DNA of 32,000 bases from assembly GCF_000981785.2 (NCBI RefSeq), contig NZ_CP011304.1, forward strand, positions 3,570,001 to 3,602,000. Direction: 5' to 3'. The number at the start of each line of letters is the position of its first letter. Positions within the stretch are counted from its first letter, which is position 1. The notes below the pieces were generated by a model. That model made no database searches. It was not told where the DNA came from and saw only the letters and a list, made by a program, of their open reading frames with translations. Made by a program: the position numbers and the translations under genes. This document shows positions 25,916 through 32,000 of the stretch, piece after piece. The stretch is from Microcystis aeruginosa NIES-2549. Lineage in GTDB: Bacteria > Cyanobacteriota > Cyanobacteriia > Cyanobacteriales > Microcystaceae.

Positions 25916-28081
25916 ATGTCTTGGCAAAATGAAGTTAAAACCGCTTTAGAAAACAATCAATACGATATTGTTAGTCAGTTTTACGAAGAACTGATAGAAA
26001 GAGAAACCACAGAAATTAGTCATTATTGGTATTTAGGATTAGCCTATCTTTTGGAAGATAGAGAAGAAGACGCACAAGCTACTTGGTTACTGGTGTTGAG
26101 TCAAGCAGCCGAATCAGAATTATCGGGGTGGATAAAAACTTTAACTCAAATCTTAGATGCAGAGGCAACCAGACAAGAAAATTCCCAAAGACTAGAGACA
26201 AGCTATCTAATTCGATTGCATCTACAAAATCTTAATCCTAGTTTTTTAAATAATCTCCTGCATCTGATGGAATTAGAAATACAATTCCAAATTTTTGCGA
26301 TGGAAAAGTGCCATGATTGGTGTGTATTTGAACTGTTAGAGAATACAGCTACAGCAGCAATTAATCTTGATTTACTGCTGCGAGTGACGGAAAAAGTTTT
26401 AATCTACCCCTGTACTGATACCATCCACTTTTTAGAATTAGCAGCCTTACATATCAATAATCCAGAAATAATTGCAACCAAAGTTATATCAGCAATTGTC
26501 AATTATGCTTATCAACAAAAACAAAGTGTATTTGCTATTAATTTAGTAGAACTTTGTTTGCGCTTTCTACCGGAGGATTTATACCTACAAAATAGTTTGT
26601 TTAATCTTTATAAAACCACCACTATTGACTATAAAAAATCTCTAGAAATTGCTGATAATTTTTATAAAAGTTGCCAGACAACTACTGAAAAGCTCTTGGG
26701 AATTTCTCTAGTGATTGCTATTTCACAAGCTAAAGGAGACTGGGGAAATTTACCTAAATTTATTGATGAATTAATACAACTAATCGAGCGACAAATTAAT
26801 GCTAAACAATTTAATGCACGTCCTTTTATTATTGACTCTATTTTAGGAGTTACTATCTGTCTTCCCTACTATCAAGATAATCCGAAAATTAATCGCTATT
26901 TACAAAGTAAACTAGCAGAAATTTTTCAAGCAGATGTAAGAACCCGCTATAACTATATTGCTCCTGTTTCTTCTCCAAAATCTCCAGCAAGAAAAATAAA
27001 AATTGGTTATATTGCCTATACTCTCCGTCGTCATTCTGTGGGTTGGTTAAGTCGCTGGTTATTTCACTATCATAATCGAGATAAATTTGAAATTTACACC
27101 TATTTTGTCAACCAAGCAGCGGATGAAATTACTGAGAAATGGTTTATAAATAACTCAGATTATAGCTATAATTTGCCCGCAAAAATTGAACAGATAACTG
27201 CCCAAATTCGTCAAGATAACTTAGATATTTTAGTGGATCTTGATAGCTTAACTAATAATACAACTTGTCTAGTCATAGCCCTAAAACCCGCACCGATACA
27301 AGTAACTTGGTTAGGATTAGATGCCTCTGGAATCCCTGCTATTGATTATTTTATTGCCGATAACTACGTTTTACCCGAAAATGCTGAAGAAATTTATTCA
27401 GAAAAAATCATCCGACTTCCTAACTCTTATTTATCTGTAGATGGTTTTGAAGTGGGTGTTCCCACTAGGAGAAGAACTGATTTAAATATTCCCGATGATG
27501 CTATTATTTATCTGACCGTGCAATCGGGATTAAAACGCACCTTAAACATGATTTATCTGCAATTGCAGATTCTTCAACAGGTTCCTAATAGCTATCTTTT
27601 AATCAAAGGTTTTGCCGACAAAGAAACCATTCGAGAATTATTTCTCAAAAGTGCTGACGAATTGGGAATTAGTCAAGATAGATTAAGATTTTTGCCCAAT
27701 GATTTCAATGAGGAAACCCATCGCGCTAATCTAGGAATTGCTGATATAGTTCTCGATACCTATCCCTATAGTGGTGCTACTACAACCCTAGAAACCCTCT
27801 GGATGGGGATTCCTTTAGTCACTAGGGTTGGTGAACAATTTGCAGCCCGTAATAGCTATACTTTTATGAAAAATGCCGGCATTAGTCAGGGTATAGCTTG
27901 GAGTGATGAGGAATATGTGCAGTGGGGAATTAAGTTAGGATTGGATAAAAATTTAAGAGAGGAAGTCCGTTGGAAACTCCGAAAGTCTCGTCATACATCT
28001 CCCCTCTGGAATTCCAAACAATTTACCAGAAATTTAGAAACTGCTTATCAACAAATGTGGAATATTTATTGTCAATCTTAG
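25916..28081 (+). CDS. TPR-like N-domain plus GT41 glycosyltransferase, paralog 2
   Basis: Same motifs as paralog 1. It starts 17 nt after the paralog 1 stop. Confidence 0.85.
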   Translation: MSWQNEVKTALENNQYDIVSQFYEELIERETTEISHYWYLGLAYLLEDREEDAQATWLLVLSQAAESELSGWIKTLTQILDAEATRQENSQRLETSYLIRLHLQNLNPSFLNNLLHLMELEIQFQIFAMEKCHDWCVFELLENTATAAINLDLLLRVTEKVLIYPCTDTIHFLELAALHINNPEIIATKVISAIVNYAYQQKQSVFAINLVELCLRFLPEDLYLQNSLFNLYKTTTIDYKKSLEIADNFYKSCQTTTEKLLGISLVIAISQAKGDWGNLPKFIDELIQLIERQINAKQFNARPFIIDSILGVTICLPYYQDNPKINRYLQSKLAEIFQADVRTRYNYIAPVSSPKSPARKIKIGYIAYTLRRHSVGWLSRWLFHYHNRDKFEIYTYFVNQAADEITEKWFINNSDYSYNLPAKIEQITAQIRQDNLDILVDLDSLTNNTTCLVIALKPAPIQVTWLGLDASGIPAIDYFIADNYVLPENAEEIYSEKIIRLPNSYLSVDGFEVGVPTRRRTDLNIPDDAIIYLTVQSGLKRTLNMIYLQLQILQQVPNSYLLIKGFADKETIRELFLKSADELGISQDRLRFLPNDFNEETHRANLGIADIVLDTYPYSGATTTLETLWMGIPLVTRVGEQFAARNSYTFMKNAGISQGIAWSDEEYVQWGIKLGLDKNLREEVRWKLRKSRHTSPLWNSKQFTRNLETAYQQMWNIYCQS

Positions 28082-28093
28082 CGGATAAAAACT

Positions 28094-28594
28094 ATGCAAT
28101 TGCATCAAGACATACAACCCCATTTAAACGACAATAATTATCAACTGGTATTGCAGTTTTATGAACAATTAATTGAAAACAATTCTCCAGTAATTGAGGA
28201 TTATTTTTATCTAGGATTAGCCTATCTTTTACAAGATAGAGAAGAAGACGCACAAGCTACTTGGTTATTGGTGTTGAGTCAAGCAGCCGAATCAGAATTA
28301 TCGGGGTGGATAAAAACTTTAACTCAAATCTTAGATGCAGAGGCAACCAGACAAGAAAATTCCCAAAGATTAGAGACAAGTTATCTAATTCGATTGCATC
28401 TACAAAATCTTAATCCTAGTTTTTTAAACAATCTCCTGCATCTGATGGAATTAGAAATACAATTCCAAATTTTTGCGATGGAAAAGTGCCATGATTGGTG
28501 TGTATTTGAACTGTTAGAAAATACAGCTACAGCAGCAATTAATCTTGATTTACTGCTGGGAGTGACGGAAAAGGTTTTAATCTACCCCTCTACT
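28094..28594 (+). pseudogene. GT41 paralog 3, truncated after about 167 codons by IS630 copy B
   Basis: 28214-28594 aligns to 26036-26416 of paralog 2 at a constant offset of 2178 bp, with about 11 mismatches by eye. Homology ends at the IS boundary. Confidence 0.85.
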
Positions 28595-29632
28595 TATAGC
28601 ACTTCTTGGAGCTATGAGGTACAATGAAAAGCAAATAGACAAATAATAGAACTCGCCAGCTTCCTATGAGACCCTATTCCGTAGATTTTCGCCAAAAAAT
28701 TATCGATGTCTGGAAGAAAGAAAAAATTTCTATTCGAGGACTAGCCCAGAGATTTGACGTGGCTAAAAGCTTTATTCAGAAGTTATTGAAGCAACATAAA
28801 GAAACAGGAGATATCCGTCCTCGTCCACAAGGGGGAAGTCCGCCAACCAAGTTAAATAGTGAACAACTGATAATTTTAATAGAAATCATCGAATCTAACA
28901 ATGATGCAACTCTCGAAGAATTATCGGACTTACTGTATGAAAAGACACAGGTGAAAGTCAGTAGAGCCACCCTGGGGCGGCTTACGCAAAAACTCAATTA
29001 CAGTTTCAAAAAAAAACACTACACGCGGCGGAAAAAGAAAGTGACAGGGTACAGCAAAAAAGAGTGGAATACTGGTCTCAAGTTCGGGAAATTGAGGCAT
29101 CAAAACTAATTTTCATCGATGAATCGGGGGTAAATTTAGCCCTTTTGAGACTCTATGCCAGAGCCTTAATTGGTCGAAGAGATCGGGGAAGAAAACCACA
29201 AAAAAGAGGGAGAAATATTTCAATAATTAGTGCTATAAGCTTAGAAAAAGTTGTGGCATCAGTCAACATATACGGTGCAGTGGATGCGGTAACATTTGAA
29301 GGATTTATTCTGAAGGAAGTGCTGCCAAAAATTAAAGAAGGAGACTGTTTGCTCATGGATAACGCCAAGATTCATCTCGGAGAAATGGTCAGAGAAATAA
29401 TTGAACAAGAAAAAGCTAGACTCATCTATTTACCTCCTTATTCTCCCGAATTCTCTCCTATTGAAAACTTTTGGTCAAAAGTCAAAGCGATATTAAGAAA
29501 ACTGAAGGCGAGAACTTACAAAGACTTAATAGAAGGGATTGAATTAGCTATGTTATAAGTTACTCAAAAAGATATTCGCAATTGGTTTACTCACTGTTGC
29601 TACTGTACCTCATGAGTCAGAGAATTGCTATA
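28595..29632 (+). mobile_element. IS630-family insertion sequence, copy B
   Basis: Inverted repeats are TATAGCACTTCTTGGAGCTATGAGGTACA and TGTACCTCATGAGTCAGAGAATTGCTATA. TA lies at both ends. Confidence 0.9.
28666..29558 (+). CDS. IS630 transposase in two frames, joined by a -1 shift at an A9 run
   Basis: The HTH part is ORF 28666-29109. The DDE part (IFIDESG...DNAKIH...PPYSPEFSPIENFW) is ORF 29064-29558. Re-reading one A at 29008-29016 gives KKK-TLHAAEKESDRVQQKRVEYW, the expected linker. Confidence 0.75.
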
Positions 29633-29855
29633 ATTGGAACAAGGGTTTAGTGCTGCGGATTTTGTTTTCAATTATTTTGTTTCAATCCCTAATAGGGTTT
29701 AAGATTAATTGGAACTGAATATTGGATTGTTGAGGGGTAATTATGGCTGGTTTCAATCCCTAATAGGGTTTAAGATTAATTGGAACACGTCTCCGGGTCA
29801 ACCCCGGAAGTGTCACGGTACGCTGTTTCAATCCCTAATAGGGTTTAAGATTAAT
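29631..29855. CRISPR. CRISPR array, distal segment
   Basis: Contains a 10-nt repeat tail (29631-29640) and a 38-nt spacer. Full repeats lie at 29679-29715 and 29750-29786, separated by spacers of 34 and 38 nt. A third repeat (29825-29855) is truncated at its nt 31 by the ISL3 element. Repeat: GTTTCAATCCCTAATAGGGTTTAAGATTAATTGGAAC. Confidence 0.9.
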
Positions 29856-31272
29856 GGTTCTTCCGAACTTACCATGTAAAATCAACTAGCAAAATGCCAA
29901 TTTAATAAACATCTAAGACTAAAGTTTTTAAAGTTTCTAAATCCATAGCCTCTCCTTTTAATCACCTTCAGTTTATTATTAATTCCTTCAACTGTTCCCT
30001 GGGTTGTTCGGTTATCAAAATAGGCAGTTATTTCGTCAATCCACCGCCGAATTGTCTGGCAGCTTTTAGGAAAGTAAGCCATCGCCTTTTTGAGCCAATC
30101 ACTCAAGGCAAATAATCCCTCATTCCCCTCCGTATTTTTCTCAAATACTTCTCTAAATTCCTCTTTTAATTTGTGCATTTCCCCAAGTTTTGGAGACACT
30201 TTATATATTTCTTCCAATTTTTTCCTTTCTTTCTCTACTAAGTCTCCTTCATTCTTTAATAAGGCATATTTGCTCTTGGCTATTCCTGCTAAGATATTTT
30301 CTTTATTTTTCTTGTTTTTTATCTTAGCTGCCTCTCTTTTTACCTCCTTTCTTGCTTCATCTAGCTCGTTATTTACTTGTTTCATTACATGGAATCTATC
30401 CCCTACTATTTGAGCTTGAGGCATTAGTTTTTCTGCCACATTTTTATACCCTATCCACAGGTCTATACTTACTTCCTCTATTTGGCTCAAAACCTCTTCT
30501 CCCCAGTGTTTCAGGTATTCTGTTAATGCTTCTTCTGTTCTTTTTTCCCCTAAGCCTATAATTTTTCCTGTGTCTATATTTACTAACACAGCATAGTAAT
30601 TTCCTTTTCCCTTTATCATGGCTATTTCATCTATTCCTAGTTTTTTTAGCCCTTGAGGTTTTGCGGTTATTAACTCTTCTCCTAAGTCTTTGAGCATCGT
30701 CTCTATTTCTTGTTCGCTTACTCCATTTCTTTCTGCCGTATTTTTGAGATCACTATTCAGGACTTCGGCCACTATTTTTTTTCTAAATCTGTCTGTGTAG
30801 GTTCTTTTCTTCGGCAAATAATTTAGTTCTTCTGTGAATTTTTTCCCACATTTCTCGCATCTCATCTGACGACGATTGATTCTCAGATATAATGCCTGTT
30901 CTCCAAAGGGTAAATCTCGGATTGTTAATTCATTGTTTTGATGAACTTTTTCCGTTTTACTTCCACAATGAATGCACTGGCTTTCTCTTGACATATTTTC
31001 TAAATGTAAAACAATTCCTATATCGGTAATAATTTGATAATTGGTAACGACAACTCCTTCTAGGTGAAGTAGCTCGGTCATTAACTTTAATTGTGGATTT
31101 GATGGCATAAGTATAGCTTGTGTCTAAAATTGCTGGTCTTGGCTGTCTATATTTTAAACAATAAATTGCTGTATTGCAAGCATAGTCAGCTTTTAAAGAT
31201 AAATTATTGTTTTATTGGTCAGCAATAATTGTCTGTTTTTTTTTAATTTTACATGACAAGTTCGGAAGAGCC
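29856..31272 (-). mobile_element. ISL3-family insertion sequence (full length) inside the CRISPR array
   Basis: Inverted repeats are GGTTCTTCCGAACTTACCATGTAAAAT and ATTTTACATGACAAGTTCGGAAGAGCC. The GGCTCTTC-type ends are typical of ISL3. It carries a single intact transposase gene. Confidence 0.9.
29882..31108 (-). CDS. ISL3-family transposase
   Basis: 408 aa. It has an N-terminal zinc finger (CIHCGS...CEKCGKKF) and a DDE region typical of ISL3 (IS204/IS1001/IS1096/IS1165 group). Confidence 0.9.
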   Translation of the reverse strand: MPSNPQLKLMTELLHLEGVVVTNYQIITDIGIVLHLENMSRESQCIHCGSKTEKVHQNNELTIRDLPFGEQALYLRINRRQMRCEKCGKKFTEELNYLPKKRTYTDRFRKKIVAEVLNSDLKNTAERNGVSEQEIETMLKDLGEELITAKPQGLKKLGIDEIAMIKGKGNYYAVLVNIDTGKIIGLGEKRTEEALTEYLKHWGEEVLSQIEEVSIDLWIGYKNVAEKLMPQAQIVGDRFHVMKQVNNELDEARKEVKREAAKIKNKKNKENILAGIAKSKYALLKNEGDLVEKERKKLEEIYKVSPKLGEMHKLKEEFREVFEKNTEGNEGLFALSDWLKKAMAYFPKSCQTIRRWIDEITAYFDNRTTQGTVEGINNKLKVIKRRGYGFRNFKNFSLRCLLNWHFAS

Positions 31273-32000
31273 AACATCTATTGATACTCCCGTCTCGATT
31301 ACAGGTTTCAATCCCTAATAGGGTTTAAGATTAATTGGAACAAATTCAGGGTATTTTGGCTTAAATCCCCAAAATTGTTTCAATCCCTAATAGGGTTTAA
31401 GATTAATTGGAACTAGGGTGTAAAGAGTCGATACATAGCACATATCCCGTTTCAATCCCTAATAGGGTTTAAGATTAATTGGAACACGGTTCAACCGACC
31501 TAAAACAACTATTAGCAGGGGGTTTCAATCCCTAATAGGGTTTAAGATTAATTGGAACGTTTTTCGGCTATTTTTAGCCCAATTCTGTAGGAGTTTCAAT
31601 CCCTAATAGGGTTTAAGATTAATTGGAACAAGTGGAATTAATGCTTAAAAATACTGCTGAATTGGTTTCAATCCCTAATAGGGTTTAAGATTAATTGGAA
31701 CAGGTAACTGACTAGGGACGGTATCAGGCGAATTAGTTTCAATCCCTAATAGGGTTTAAGATTAATTGGAACTCGGAACACTCAAGGATGCCCTAATCTC
31801 GTTGTTTGTTTCAATCCCTAATAGGGTTTAAGATTAATTGGAACTATTTCTAGAGATTTTAGGGTAATTTCTAGGATCGGTTTCAATCCCTAATAGGGTT
31901 TAAGATTAATTGGAACACCCCGCAGCACTCGGATCGATTTACGATTACCTGTTTCAATCCCTAATAGGGTTTAAGATTAATTGGAACCTGTATCGTGCCG
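31273..32000. CRISPR. CRISPR array, main segment (continues beyond the window)
   Basis: A 32-nt spacer remnant is followed by 10 identical 37-nt repeats starting at 31305, 31377, 31449, 31522, 31593, 31665, 31736, 31808, 31880 and 31951. Spacers are unique and 34-36 nt long. Confidence 0.97.

Noticed and set aside
1-29630. cas genes or other recognisable defence operons adjacent to the array
   Set aside because: No Cas-like protein signatures appear in any track ORF left of the array. If cas genes exist, they lie beyond the right edge or were lost through the IS-mediated rearrangement.
30090-30561. Plus-strand ORFs inside the ISL3 element
   Set aside because: They are antisense to the intact transposase gene and give low-complexity Ser/Phe/Leu-rich translations.
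29641-32000. Self-targeting spacers against the island, IS elements or other parts of this window
   Set aside because: By eye I found only a 9-nt chance match (CACGGTACG, spacer at 29787-29824 versus about 15429-15437). My search could not be exhaustive, so a BLASTN of all 13 spacers is needed.

Overview
This is a mosaic accessory region that looks cyanobacterial. Supporting signs are HIP1 GCGATCGC palindromes (e.g. 13914-13921, 19411-19418), secreted pentapeptide-repeat proteins, TPR/GT41 families and heptanucleotide tandem repeats. I also recall the 37-nt CRISPR repeat from Microcystis-type arrays, but that is memory only and needs BLAST.

Layout, left to right:
(1) Three tandem secreted pentapeptide-repeat paralogs with near-identical leader blocks (1-2174).
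(2) A secreted protein ending in Cys-Cys-Cys, then an ICMT/PEMT-family membrane methyltransferase and a small membrane protein (2243-3871).
(3) IS debris and a 163-bp MITE (4233-4593).
(4) A plasmid/phage-like island (about 4820-10260). It holds a ParB-like HTH protein with a parS-like palindrome inside its own gene, an XRE regulator, an orphan MazE-like antitoxin, an RHH-like ORF, and a very GC-rich translationally coupled block that includes an ASCH protein.
(5) A TPR-TM membrane protein whose start codon lies 21 bp from a second MITE copy with a perfect 8-bp target duplication.
(6) A decayed IS630 copy.
(7) Housekeeping-type genes: DUF2252, SulP/STAS permease, CruA-like flavoprotein, DUF2993, GerMN, MscS and cytochrome c.
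(8) Two full and one truncated tandem TPR-GT41 (SPINDLY/OGT-like) glycosyltransferase paralogs.
(9) A CRISPR array running off the right edge. A second IS630 copy and a full-length ISL3-family IS have eroded its near end. That ISL3 element is the apparent parent of the MITEs.

I recognised no cas genes, tRNAs or rRNAs. I cannot name a clearly novel multi-gene system with confidence. The most unusual leads are the IS-remodelled CRISPR end, the parS-like palindromes inside the ParB-like gene, the CCC-tail protein plus ICMT-like methyltransferase pairing, and a TnpB 3-prime end (omega-RNA-like) remnant.
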